From the NCBI GenBank assembly GCA_949288455.1, contig CASEKF010000001.1:1-54605 (forward strand): DNA of 54,605 nt, given 5' to 3'. Position numbers and translations under genes: made by a program. The DNA is from an uncultured bacterium. Lineage in GTDB: Bacteria; Vulcanimicrobiota; CADAWZ01. The notes beneath the pieces were generated by a model that saw nothing but the letters and a program-made list of their open reading frames with translations, was not told the DNA's origin and searched no databases. Below are positions 38,936 through 48,277 of this stretch, one piece after another; position 1 is the stretch's first letter, and every line of letters begins with the position of its first letter.

Positions 38936-41023
38936 CTAATCAATTTTTCTAAGACTGAGTTCCCCTCCGATTTTTTCTATTTTATAAAGACATTTTTCCT
39001 CAGGAGATTCCAAAAATAGCCCGGAATAACTTCTTATAAACTCGTCGTCGATCTTCTGAATATATACGAAATCATATTTTTCCGAAAACAACATTTTTTT
39101 CACTTCGTCCAAAGATAAATTTTCTCTATGTATATCTTCTTTAGTTTCTTTTTTTCCAAGATTATAATAATGAAAATTAAAATATCTGGGCGAAGCCAAA
39201 TATTTAAACGCAAACATCTCCAAACCGACGCTTTTTTGAGAAACAAGAAAAACTCTCGCATTTTCCGGAGTATGCTTTTTTAATTTAGTTATATCATCTC
39301 TATAACAATCGGTCGTCGAATGATAATGAAAAGGAATTCTAAGATTAAGTCCGTCAAACAAAAACAACCACATAACGGCAAAAATTACGGCCGCATATAA
39401 ATATCGCTTCATATTACCGTCAGATTCTAACGAAACTATATAGAAAAAAGACATGGACGCCGCGCCGAAGGCAAATAAAAAATAAGAATTAACATATCGG
39501 TCGAAAGAAGCTAAGGAAGGCCCCTCGTAAGAACCAAAGCAAAATATGTACAGCAGCAGCAAAACCAAAGCGTAAATCAACGCTCCGACCGTCATAACCG
39601 CTCCTAAAACGGCTACTCCCGGCTTATCCGGGGCTACCATACACAGACAACAGAATAATAACGCTATAAAAACAAGCAAATCGACAAAACGCAAAGCTAT
39701 TTTATCTGGAATTATAAACGTCAAACATATTGACAGTATCAAAAATGAGAAAATATAACAAATTTTTGCGCTGGGTTTCTCAGGATAAATAAAAAGCGCA
39801 TACAATAACATAAAAAATAAAAAAGCTATTGCGGCCTTATCTGAAAAAGAAACTTCATTTTCTCTTTCCCGCAAAGGTTTATTTAATAAAGCGTCCTTAA
39901 AATTTCGCAACGTTTCCCTCTGCCAATTTTCACCTTGCGAACCTTTAATAATACCATAAAATTTAGAAACGGAAATCTCTGAAGCGTTAAACTGACGCTG
40001 AAAATTCGAAGCCTTTACATAAGCGTCCCAAGAATAAATAAAAAGGCAAGGCATCAATACGATAAAGAAAGCCGCGTGAAGAAAAAACGAAAACGTTCTT
40101 TTACAAGCCGCCTTCAATCCCCGATATTTAAGGAAACGTCTAAATAAAGCGTATCTCCTTAAAATCATAAACGACGCGGAAAGAACCCATACCATTAAAA
40201 CAAAAATCAAAGATATTTGTTTTGTGAGAAGAATGAACGAAACGCCTAAACCTAAATTTATAAAATAAAAAACGTCAAACCGCTTTTCCCTAAAAACCAA
40301 AAAAATCAAGTATCCGGCCGTAATCGCTACCGGAGCGTCAATATACGCTGTAGTATAGAAAAAAGCATGACCGGGAGATATCAGACCTCCAGCCAGCAAA
40401 ACAGCGGCCAAACATAAACAAATAAGGAACGACGACTTTTCATGTTTTTCAAAAGAAAAAGCCGCGATAAACAAAGATAAAGAAAATGTCTGCAAAGCTT
40501 TATATAAATACGCTTCTCGATAGCCGCCGCTTAAAAAACACCAAATATACTCGAAGACAGGAAATATCGGAGGATAATCTTTATGTACGCTTAACATAGA
40601 ATCCTCTACTGAGTATAGTTTGCCAAGCCTTGTCATTTCATAAACCATAGGGCCCCAATGAGAGACTTCATCCCAAGAATTAAAACCTCGATCAAAATTC
40701 AAAACGTATATCGAGACATACAGCAAAGAAAAAAGATAAAATCCGTTAGAAAAAAATAATTCTTTATATTCTAGCGAGTTTTTCTTAATTATAATAAGAA
40801 CAGGGAAACCCAAAGAAATCAAAATGACAAACCAAACGCCTTGAACTAAAAATCCAAACAAAGCGAAAATATATACAATCAAGGCCGAACTCATCAAAGC
40901 GGCGGGAAGAAGAATTTCAAATTTTCTCCGGCAAACAAGAATGAAGCATCCGGTTAAAAATACGATAAATAAATACGGAAACAAAAAAGCCATAATAAAA
41001 TAAAACAGGTTGAGAGAGCTCAA
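38936..41023 (-). CDS. Large polytopic membrane protein, putative GT-C/YfhO-like glycosyl-transfer partner
   Basis: 695 aa with roughly 14 predicted TM helices and no soluble catalytic domain. It is immediately downstream of a GtrB/CsbB-like GT2. Confidence 0.45.
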   Translation of the reverse strand: MSSLNLFYFIMAFLFPYLFIVFLTGCFILVCRRKFEILLPAALMSSALIVYIFALFGFLVQGVWFVILISLGFPVLIIIKKNSLEYKELFFSNGFYLFSLLYVSIYVLNFDRGFNSWDEVSHWGPMVYEMTRLGKLYSVEDSMLSVHKDYPPIFPVFEYIWCFLSGGYREAYLYKALQTFSLSLFIAAFSFEKHEKSSFLICLCLAAVLLAGGLISPGHAFFYTTAYIDAPVAITAGYLIFLVFREKRFDVFYFINLGLGVSFILLTKQISLIFVLMVWVLSASFMILRRYALFRRFLKYRGLKAACKRTFSFFLHAAFFIVLMPCLFIYSWDAYVKASNFQRQFNASEISVSKFYGIIKGSQGENWQRETLRNFKDALLNKPLRERENEVSFSDKAAIAFLFFMLLYALFIYPEKPSAKICYIFSFLILSICLTFIIPDKIALRFVDLLVFIALLFCCLCMVAPDKPGVAVLGAVMTVGALIYALVLLLLYIFCFGSYEGPSLASFDRYVNSYFLFAFGAASMSFFYIVSLESDGNMKRYLYAAVIFAVMWLFLFDGLNLRIPFHYHSTTDCYRDDITKLKKHTPENARVFLVSQKSVGLEMFAFKYLASPRYFNFHYYNLGKKETKEDIHRENLSLDEVKKMLFSEKYDFVYIQKIDDEFIRSYSGLFLESPEEKCLYKIEKIGGELSLRKID

Positions 41024-41064
41024 AGCGAAAAATGAGACGAAAAAAATTAATATTAAAACTTCCG

Positions 41065-42033
41065 TTATCGCTTTAGCAAAAACAGATTAAGCATAACTTC
41101 GTAAAGCTGTCTATGTTTCTTTACTTCCACGTCAAGAATAACTCCGACGGAGAAAGCGAGGATACTGGCTATGCCTCCGGCTCCGGCTACGATTAAAGTC
41201 GGAAATTTACCGACTAAACCCGTTTTTAAATAAGCAATAAAAACAGGTATAAAAAGTATTAAAGTAATAATTAGACAAACGAGAGAAACAAACGAGAAAA
41301 AAGCCATAGGCTTATAATCTTTAAACAACTGAAAAATAGTCTTTAATACCTTAAAACCGTCGAAATAAGTATTAAGCTTTGAATGAGATCCTTCCGGCCT
41401 ATCCCTATAAGTCACAGGGATTTCTCTAATCAAAAAATTCTTATCTACGGCATGAATAGTCATTTCAGTTTCAATTTCAAATCCTGACGATAAAACGGGA
41501 AAAGTCTTTACGAAAGTTTTTCCGAAAGCGCGGTATCCCGTCATAATATCTTTCACGTCAGACTTAAACAAACGGTTGATAAGATTTCTTACTAGCACGT
41601 TGCCAAAATTATGAAAAGGACGCTTATTTTCCTTAAAATAAGTTGAAGAAAGTCGATCTCCTATAACCATATCGCAGGAACCGTTTAAAATCAAATTTTC
41701 CATTTCTTTCGCGTTTTCGGCCGGATAAGTATCGTCTCCGTCTATCATAATATAACAATCGGCGTCTATATCTCTAAACATTGTTCTTATAACGTTTCCC
41801 TTACCTTGCCTAGGCTCCTTGCGCACTATGGCTCCGGCTTCCGAAGCAATCTCCGCAGTTTTATCGGTAGAATTATTATCATATACGTAGATATCAGCCT
41901 CAGGCAGAGCCTCTTTATAATCCAAAACAACTTTCCGTATAGTTTGCTCTTCGTTATAACATGGAATAAGAACTGCAGTCTTTGACATTGGCTTAACACT
42001 CCCGTTTGTTTTATGGATTGGATATTCTTTCAC
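41065..42033 (-). CDS. GT2 polyprenyl-phosphate sugar transferase (DPM1/GtrB/CsbB-like) with C-terminal TM anchor
   Basis: AVLIPCYNEE...YVYDNNSTDKT...IMIDGDDTYP gives the DXD-containing GT-A core. Two C-terminal TM helices are typical of GtrB. Confidence 0.8.
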   Translation of the reverse strand: MKEYPIHKTNGSVKPMSKTAVLIPCYNEEQTIRKVVLDYKEALPEADIYVYDNNSTDKTAEIASEAGAIVRKEPRQGKGNVIRTMFRDIDADCYIMIDGDDTYPAENAKEMENLILNGSCDMVIGDRLSSTYFKENKRPFHNFGNVLVRNLINRLFKSDVKDIMTGYRAFGKTFVKTFPVLSSGFEIETEMTIHAVDKNFLIREIPVTYRDRPEGSHSKLNTYFDGFKVLKTIFQLFKDYKPMAFFSFVSLVCLIITLILFIPVFIAYLKTGLVGKFPTLIVAGAGGIASILAFSVGVILDVEVKKHRQLYEVMLNLFLLKR

Positions 42034-42492
42034 CCTCTTTTTATTCCCTTCTGAAGCTTTTATAAAAATAATGCCTCCGCCAGATAGTAGAAAACTTTCT
42101 AAAATAAGCTCAATCTCTCTGCAAAATGCGGATGCGCAGCATAAATTTTAATCAAATTCGCCGCTATGCTTATGAACGCCCTACTCCCTGTTTAAGCATA
42201 TACCGCAACCGAATTATCTACATGCTAACATACAAAAATATTTGTGGCGATTTCCGGCTTTCAAGTCGCTCATAACTGCGCTGTATCACAAAAATTTACG
42301 CTCTGCAATATTAAATGGTTCTAAAGTTAATGATGAGCTTCGCGTTTTAATTTCAAAAAAGATTTCCGAGTAAAGCAAAAAATGACTTTTAAGTTCGCTG
42401 TATGGCGTCGGAGACTTATCGCCTTTTTATAAAAATTAATATATATAACTATAGGTTAATTTCGCTTTCAATTTTGCGATAATATCAAACCC

Positions 42493-42521
42493 TTGACAAT
42501 AAAAAATTGATCCGTTATAAT
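42493..42521 (+). promoter_or_regulatory. Consensus sigma70 promoter (TTGACA, 17-nt spacer, TATAAT) for the tRNA-Thr pair
   Basis: Exact consensus hexamers. The first tRNA begins 12 nt downstream of the -10 element. Confidence 0.75.
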
Positions 42522-42533
42522 AAGGAAAAATTT

Positions 42534-42605
42534 GCCGGAGTAGCTCAGAGGTAGAGCAGCTGATTTGTAATCAGCCGGTCGGGGGTTCAATTCCCTTCTC
42601 CGGCT
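42534..42605 (+). tRNA. tRNA-Thr (anticodon UGU)
   Basis: Cloverleaf read by hand. Acceptor stem GCCGGAG/CTCCGGC. D-arm TAGCTCAGAGGTAGAGCA. Anticodon stem GCTGA/TCAGC with loop TTTGTAA. T-arm GGTTCAATTCC. No encoded CCA. Confidence 0.85.
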
Positions 42606-42633
42606 CTTTTTAAGTGAAGTTATTCTTTTATTT

Positions 42634-42705
42634 GCCGGAGTAGCTCAGGGGTAGAGCAGCTCACTCGTAATGAGCAGGTCGCGGGTTCAATTCCCTTCTC
42701 CGGCT
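42634..42705 (+). tRNA. tRNA-Thr (anticodon CGU)
   Basis: Same acceptor and T-arm as the first copy. The anticodon stem-loop is GCTCA CTCGTAA TGAGC. Confidence 0.85.
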
Positions 42706-42711
42706 CTTTTT

Positions 42712-42777
42712 ATTGAAGATATAGATAAACGGGTTCTGAGAAATATTTCTCAGAACCCGTTTATCTATATCTTCAAT
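42712..42777. terminator. 66-bp perfect palindrome, bidirectional terminator between the tRNA pair and the ychF-like gene
   Basis: ATTGAAGATATAGATAAACGGGTTCTGAGAAATATTTCTCAGAACCCGTTTATCTATATCTTCAAT. It is flanked by a T5 run upstream and an A-run downstream. Confidence 0.8.
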
Positions 42778-42813
42778 AAAAAATAAATGCGGTTGCTCGC
42801 GAATAGACGCGTT

Positions 42814-43872
42814 TTAAATATTAAACATAATATGGACTATGTCGCCGTCTCTAACTTGGTAAGTTTTTCCCTCCAGCCTCAATAAACCTTCTTTCTTAGC
42901 TTCCTGCATAGTTTTTACTCGAAGCAAATCCTCAGATGAAATAACTTCGGCTCTAATAAAACCGCGGGCAAGATCCGAATGAATGGCTCCTGCGGCGTCT
43001 ACCGCAGAAGAACCCGAAGGAATCTTCCAAGATCTGCACTCGTCCTCCCCTACGGTAAAAAAAGTAATATAATTAAGTCTTTCATATACCGCTTTTATTA
43101 ATTTATCTTTACCGCACTCTTTTATTCCGTATTCAGCCAAAAATTCTCCTCGTTCCTCAGGTTCCATCGCTGCTATATCGGCTTCTATGGAAGCGTTTAA
43201 AGAAATAATCGGAGAAGGATCGGAAACTAAAGCTAATTTTTCTCGAAGTTTTCGCTCTAATTCCATAAGTTCTCCGGAAGGCAAAGATTCGGAATAATTC
43301 AACGCATACACGCATGGTTTCCTTGACAAAAGAGCAAAATTATTTAAAATTAAAGATTCTTCTTTATCAAACTCAATGGAATAAAGAAACTTTTCTTCTT
43401 CCAAAACCGGCTGGATTTTTTTTATTAAATCGAACTCCTTTTGTTTATCTCGTTTATCTTTAGAAACTTTAATTTCTCGTTCCAACCTTTCCCCTCTTTT
43501 TACGGCCATATCGAGATCGTTGATTAAAATTTCAAGCCTTAATCTATTAGTCTCGGCCAAAACTTCGTCCGCGTCGGAATACTTAAAAGCGGATATTACA
43601 AAAACAATGGCGTCGGCATTTCTCAAAGCGTCTAAAAGAGCGATTTTATCTGATTTTCCATGAACGTTCAAAGGAAGAGAATCTACAAAATCTACCGTCG
43701 TAAAAGTCGTTTTTTTAGGATTAAACAAAGCGCTTAATTTGTTTAATCTCTCGTCCGGCACAGAGACGACTCCTACAGACTGTTTTTTAGCCTGTTCGGA
43801 CGACTTGCCAATACAGGCGGAAAATAACGAAGTCCTGCCTGAGCCTTCAAAACCGCTGATAACAATTTTCAT
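42814..43872 (-). CDS. YchF-family (Obg-like ATPase) homolog with degenerate P-loop, G3 and specificity motifs; TGS domain intact
   Basis: It aligns well to E. coli YchF across the central region (GVVSVPDERLNKL...TTVDFVD; SIEADIAAMEPEERGEFLAEYG; FFTVGEDECRSWKIPSGSSAVDAAGAIHSDLARGFIRAEVIS; VRDGDIVHIMFNI). The Walker A is GFEGSGRTSLF where the canonical site is GLPNVGKSTLFN. The NxxE motif is absent. Confidence 0.8.
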   Translation of the reverse strand: MKIVISGFEGSGRTSLFSACIGKSSEQAKKQSVGVVSVPDERLNKLSALFNPKKTTFTTVDFVDSLPLNVHGKSDKIALLDALRNADAIVFVISAFKYSDADEVLAETNRLRLEILINDLDMAVKRGERLEREIKVSKDKRDKQKEFDLIKKIQPVLEEEKFLYSIEFDKEESLILNNFALLSRKPCVYALNYSESLPSGELMELERKLREKLALVSDPSPIISLNASIEADIAAMEPEERGEFLAEYGIKECGKDKLIKAVYERLNYITFFTVGEDECRSWKIPSGSSAVDAAGAIHSDLARGFIRAEVISSEDLLRVKTMQEAKKEGLLRLEGKTYQVRDGDIVHIMFNI

Positions 43873-43933
43873 AATAGATATAACCCTCTTTATATTTTTT
43901 TGTAAAATTAACGATATTTACGTTATGTTGTTC

Positions 43934-44932
43934 TTATTCAAAAGGATTTGGCTTATTAAAATCAGGCTTAAAAACATTCTTAGCTTCGCAAGACTGATAA
44001 AAAATGTCTTGAAAACCAAGATTTCCGGCATAGCCGACCAATTTTAAAACTCTATCCCTTTCTAATTCCACGCATAATTCAGGATACTTGCCGGCGTTAT
44101 AAAACGGAGAGAATTGACTCATAATCGAAATAGCCGGAAAAAGACCGCAAGAAGCTAAAAGCTGAAGAATCTTTTCAGCTTCTTCAATTCTGTTTGGAAG
44201 AAGCAAAATCCTTGCCAACACGCCTTTATAAGCTTGTCCGTTGTCGTCTAAGAAAAATACGGATCTGTCCAAATACATTCTTTTCAAAGCGTATAAAGCA
44301 TGCTTGGGATAATCTCCGGCTTTCGAATATTTCAAAGCGGCGGAAGAAGAAAAATACTTAAAGTCGGCAAGATAAATATCGACTATTCCAGTAATAATAT
44401 CGAGAGCCTCGACTGAAATATAAGAATTAGTATTGTAAACTACGGGAAGCGTAAAACCCTTATTTTTAGCGATATATAAAGCTTTTAAAATAGCGGATAT
44501 ATGCGGAGTAGGAGTAACGAGATCCAGAACCGAAGCCCCGCGACTCTGAAGATCTAAAAAAAAGCCCGCTAGAACTTCCGGCGGAACTTCATAAGAAGAA
44601 TAATCATAAGCTTGACTAATCTGATAATTTTGACAAAAAACGCAGGATAAAGTACAACCCGCAAAAAAAACCGTTCCGGCTCCTTTCATTCCAATTAAAC
44701 ATGGTTCTTCTCCAAGGTGAAGCCCATAATACGCTATTGAAGCGTTATTCGACTGCATACAGAAACCTTTTTCTCCGTCGATTCTAGACGCTGAACATTT
44801 TCTGGGACAAAGAGAACATTTTTCTAAAATGGAATCGGCAAATTGAATTTTTTCTTGAAATATTTCGTCCGAAAGCTTGAGATAAGCCGGTAATTTCAAA
44901 CGATTTCTCAATCTTTTATTTTTAGCGTTCAT
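43934..44932 (-). CDS. Radical SAM enzyme, PflA/COG1180-like, with extra N-terminal Cys cluster
   Basis: The CxxxCxxC motif is AGCTLSCVFCQN. An upstream CSLCPRKC (CxxCxxxC) cluster is also present. 332 aa. It resembles AmmeMemoRadiSam-type radical SAM proteins, but I cannot confirm this. Confidence 0.75.
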   Translation of the reverse strand: MNAKNKRLRNRLKLPAYLKLSDEIFQEKIQFADSILEKCSLCPRKCSASRIDGEKGFCMQSNNASIAYYGLHLGEEPCLIGMKGAGTVFFAGCTLSCVFCQNYQISQAYDYSSYEVPPEVLAGFFLDLQSRGASVLDLVTPTPHISAILKALYIAKNKGFTLPVVYNTNSYISVEALDIITGIVDIYLADFKYFSSSAALKYSKAGDYPKHALYALKRMYLDRSVFFLDDNGQAYKGVLARILLLPNRIEEAEKILQLLASCGLFPAISIMSQFSPFYNAGKYPELCVELERDRVLKLVGYAGNLGFQDIFYQSCEAKNVFKPDFNKPNPFE

Positions 44933-45044
44933 TTATTATATACCTCTAAATTAATATAAAGACGCAAAAAAAGCGGCAAATCGCCGCTTACAATATATAA
45001 GCGATATGCCGCCAAAAATATATGCTTTATTATTAAAAATCAGC

Positions 45045-46070
45045 TTATAGCTTACCGTAATCTTTTATAATCTTAGCGACCTCCTCGTTAGGCTTTGCGT
45101 TAAAAGTCTGAACCGGATAATTTGTAAATTGGAAATCGATTACCTCTCCGGAATCCGGATCTACGGTTAGCTGAGACAGACCGACCATCTTGCAATGAGA
45201 ACCGCTTTCCACGATATAGCTTGTATTAGGATATTTTCCAACTTCAATAGGCTCTTCCGTAATGGCGTGATCATGAGCGGCTAACACTAAATCTACTCCG
45301 GAAATCTGTTTGAGCATTTTGCGATCGTCATTAAGGCCTTGATGAGTTACCGCGACAACTACGTCCGCTTTTTGTTCTATTTCCGGCATAAGTCTTCTCA
45401 TAGCTTCCACGGGAGTCTCTTTTACAAGATCTTTTCCTACGTGAGGATTAGCTTTAGTATGCATTTTAGGCTCAAGCATACTTACGAAAGCGACTTTGAC
45501 TCCGCCGACTTCCTTTATAACGTAAGGACTTACGTTTTCAAGATAACCGCCGACTTTATCTGCATGAACGTTTCCCGCTATTACGTCCGCGTCTACTTTA
45601 TTAACAAATTCCTTTACCGTAGCCTCTTTGCCAAATTGGAATTCGTGGTTTCCAAGACCGATAATATCGTAGTCCATGGCGTTCAAAATCTTCGTCATAG
45701 GCTCAAAACGATTCTTTGTGCTTGCCGGAGGATTATAAGTCGAATCTCCGCCGTCTACCAAAATAGCGTCCGGATATTTTTCCCTTAAAGCGTCGACGAC
45801 TCCGGCAACCTTGGGCATCCTGTCATATTTACCATGCATATCGTTAGTGCTTATAATAGTAATCGTAACAGGTTCCGATTTTTTTCTTGAATCGCTGACT
45901 TTATCAGTCGCGCTAAGCGCAATATCCGAAGAAACGGAAACGGAATCTTCCGAGGCAAACGAAGCGTAGTCTTTAACCTCAGGCTTAGAAGAAGATACTC
46001 CGACAGAAGACGAATTATTTAAAGCGGAATACTGCGAAACCGAAGAAAAACTTGAACCTATAGTATTCAT
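45045..46070 (-). CDS. Calcineurin-like metallophosphoesterase, paralog of 37711-38754
   Basis: Same motifs as its paralog (TNDMHG, DGGDS, LGNHEF, HQG, AAHDH). About 65% identity to the paralog by eye. A Ser-rich low-complexity N-terminus. Confidence 0.75.
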   Translation of the reverse strand: MNTIGSSFSSVSQYSALNNSSSVGVSSSKPEVKDYASFASEDSVSVSSDIALSATDKVSDSRKKSEPVTITIISTNDMHGKYDRMPKVAGVVDALREKYPDAILVDGGDSTYNPPASTKNRFEPMTKILNAMDYDIIGLGNHEFQFGKEATVKEFVNKVDADVIAGNVHADKVGGYLENVSPYVIKEVGGVKVAFVSMLEPKMHTKANPHVGKDLVKETPVEAMRRLMPEIEQKADVVVAVTHQGLNDDRKMLKQISGVDLVLAAHDHAITEEPIEVGKYPNTSYIVESGSHCKMVGLSQLTVDPDSGEVIDFQFTNYPVQTFNAKPNEEVAKIIKDYGKL

Positions 46071-46211
46071 TTGAACCCTCCTGAACCTATTTATAAAAAT
46101 AAGAAAATAGATTCCTAATTATTATATTTGATATTACAAGTTTAGCATAAGTTTAACGGCGCTAACAAGATAGTATTTGTTAATAATGTTTTAACATTTA
46201 ACTAAAAGAAG

Positions 46212-47102
46212 TCAATATAAGATCTTCCCTGCCGCAACGTTTTCGAGATGTTTAGCATAAGCCGATTTACCGTACTTAGCGGCGCTTTTTATAAGAGTAT
46301 CTCGATCAATCCAATTCTGAAGATAAGCTATTTCCTCAATAGCTCCTATTTTTAAAGAAAGTCGCTTTTCAACTACTCTTATATATTCGCTGGCCTCAGT
46401 CAGAGCCTCGATTGTGCCGGTATCCAGCCATGCGTAGCCTCTTCCTAAAGTGACTACGTTAACTTGTCCGTTCTCAAGATAAATTTTATTTAAATCGGTA
46501 ATCTCCAATTCTCCTCTAAGACTTGGCTTCAAAGTTTTAGCGTATTCGCAAACTTTTTCGTCATAAAAATAAAGGCCGGTAACTGCGTAATTGGATTTAG
46601 GAAATTTAGGCTTCTCTTCTAAAGATATCGCTTTGCCGTCGCCGTCAAACTCTACGACTCCAAATCTTTCGGGGTCTTTAACGTAATAACCGAATAAAGT
46701 CGCTCCCGACTCCGACGCGCAAGCTTTTTTCAAATGTCTGACAAAACCTTCGCCGTAAAAAATGTTATCCCCCAAGATCATGGCAGATTTTTCGCCTCCT
46801 ATAAATTCTTCGCCCAAAATAAAAGCTTGAGCTAAACCGTCGGGAGAAGGCTGTTCTTTATAACAGATATTCATGCCTAAATTATCTCCGAAACCCAGCA
46901 AACGTTTAAAGTTAGGAAGATCCGAAGGAGTGGAAATTATCAATATTTCGCGTATTCCCGCTAACATCAAAACCGAAAGAGGGTAATAAATCATAGGTTT
47001 ATCATAAACCGGAAGCAACTGTTTACTCGTAACCATAGTTAAAGGATAAAGCCTCGTTCCGCTTCCTCCGGCCAAAATAATTCCTTTTCGATTTAAAGAC
47101 AT
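46212..47102 (-). CDS. rfbA: Glucose-1-phosphate thymidylyltransferase
   Basis: [16 protein letters not shown]...[16 protein letters not shown] matches the RmlA signature. 296 aa. Confidence 0.85.
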   Translation of the reverse strand: MSLNRKGIILAGGSGTRLYPLTMVTSKQLLPVYDKPMIYYPLSVLMLAGIREILIISTPSDLPNFKRLLGFGDNLGMNICYKEQPSPDGLAQAFILGEEFIGGEKSAMILGDNIFYGEGFVRHLKKACASESGATLFGYYVKDPERFGVVEFDGDGKAISLEEKPKFPKSNYAVTGLYFYDEKVCEYAKTLKPSLRGELEITDLNKIYLENGQVNVVTLGRGYAWLDTGTIEALTEASEYIRVVEKRLSLKIGAIEEIAYLQNWIDRDTLIKSAAKYGKSAYAKHLENVAAGKILY

Positions 47103-47299
47103 GTCGATTATTTTATCCCGCTTGTAAAAAGCGAGTCTCCTTTCTAAATAATAAAATCATAACGCGGATCTCCCTACGGCTTAAGGCAGTATCCGCAAAC
47201 CATATTCTAGCCCGACCGTATATGTCCTACGGCACAATTTTAATTTTTTGCCATTATATCCCAAAAAAAGACGTACGGGGCCTATCTGATAAGGCTAAT

Positions 47300-48061
47300 T
47301 TAAGCCTTTTCCCAATATTTTTTTAGTTTATCTCTGCTTAACAACAGATAATCTCTGCTTTTTGAAAAAATTTCCAGAGTAAAAGTTTTATCATAACGCT
47401 TCTTCAAAACTTTTAAAAATTGTTCCCAATCGATATTCCCGCATGTTATGGGCAAATGAAGATCCGAGTCTCTAAAATTGTCATGCAGGTGTACATGTTC
47501 CAGATACGAACTCAAAATGTCGACGTAATCTCCGGGTTTTCTTCCCCATAAATTAGCATGGCCTGAATCGAGAAGAAAACCTACGCCTTCCGTTTGAGCC
47601 AAAATATTCTTTATATTTTCAGGCGAATCTTCCTTACGATCCGTTAACTCAAGCATAAGTTTTATTCCAAAAGAAGACGCCGACGCGGCAATTTTATTTA
47701 ACGTTTCGACTTGAAAAAAAATCATGTCTCTTACCTGAAAACTTCCGCACCAATGCGCATGAACTGCGACTCTGGATATTCCTACGGCCTCGAAAACTTT
47801 AAAATACCTCTCGGCGGCCGTAAAAGCGGCGTTCCTGATTTCAGGCAAAGGCGAACCTATAGGCAAATACCAAGGAATATGACCGGAGCCTACGAGAGGG
47901 AATTCAGATAAAAGAGCCTTTATTCTTTCAAAATTTATAGAAGCAGGATTTGTTTTCCCTTCTTCAAGATATAACTCCATATAATCAAAATCGTTAGAAA
48001 GAGCCCAAGCTATCTCTTTTTCCAAACTATGCTTAGGATTATTAGGATAACCTACCAGCAT
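47300..48061 (-). CDS. Sugar phosphate isomerase/epimerase (xylose-isomerase-like TIM barrel)
   Basis: 253 aa with conserved E/H/D metal-ligand positions (MLELTD, DSGHANLW, HLHDN). Confidence 0.65.
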   Translation of the reverse strand: MLVGYPNNPKHSLEKEIAWALSNDFDYMELYLEEGKTNPASINFERIKALLSEFPLVGSGHIPWYLPIGSPLPEIRNAAFTAAERYFKVFEAVGISRVAVHAHWCGSFQVRDMIFFQVETLNKIAASASSFGIKLMLELTDRKEDSPENIKNILAQTEGVGFLLDSGHANLWGRKPGDYVDILSSYLEHVHLHDNFRDSDLHLPITCGNIDWEQFLKVLKKRYDKTFTLEIFSKSRDYLLLSRDKLKKYWEKA

Positions 48062-48277
48062 TACCGTAATATAGTTCCTTCTTAAAAATCTCTTAAATTT
48101 TCTTCTTGTTAATTCTCAATTATACCTTTAAAATAGTATAGATATAAAAACCACAAAAAACCTTTACAATAATACGCTAAACTTTTTTATAACAATAAGA
48201 TTAAAAATTTTTGAATCCATTTAAATAAAAAGCGAATCAAATATAATGAGAAGAAAAAAGAAACGAGGATTGTTATA

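Noticed and set aside
38936-42705. A tRNA-associated genomic island.
   Set aside because: There is no integrase, no direct repeat of the tRNA 3' end, and no compositional break. The flanking phosphoesterase paralogs are only about 70% identical at the DNA level.
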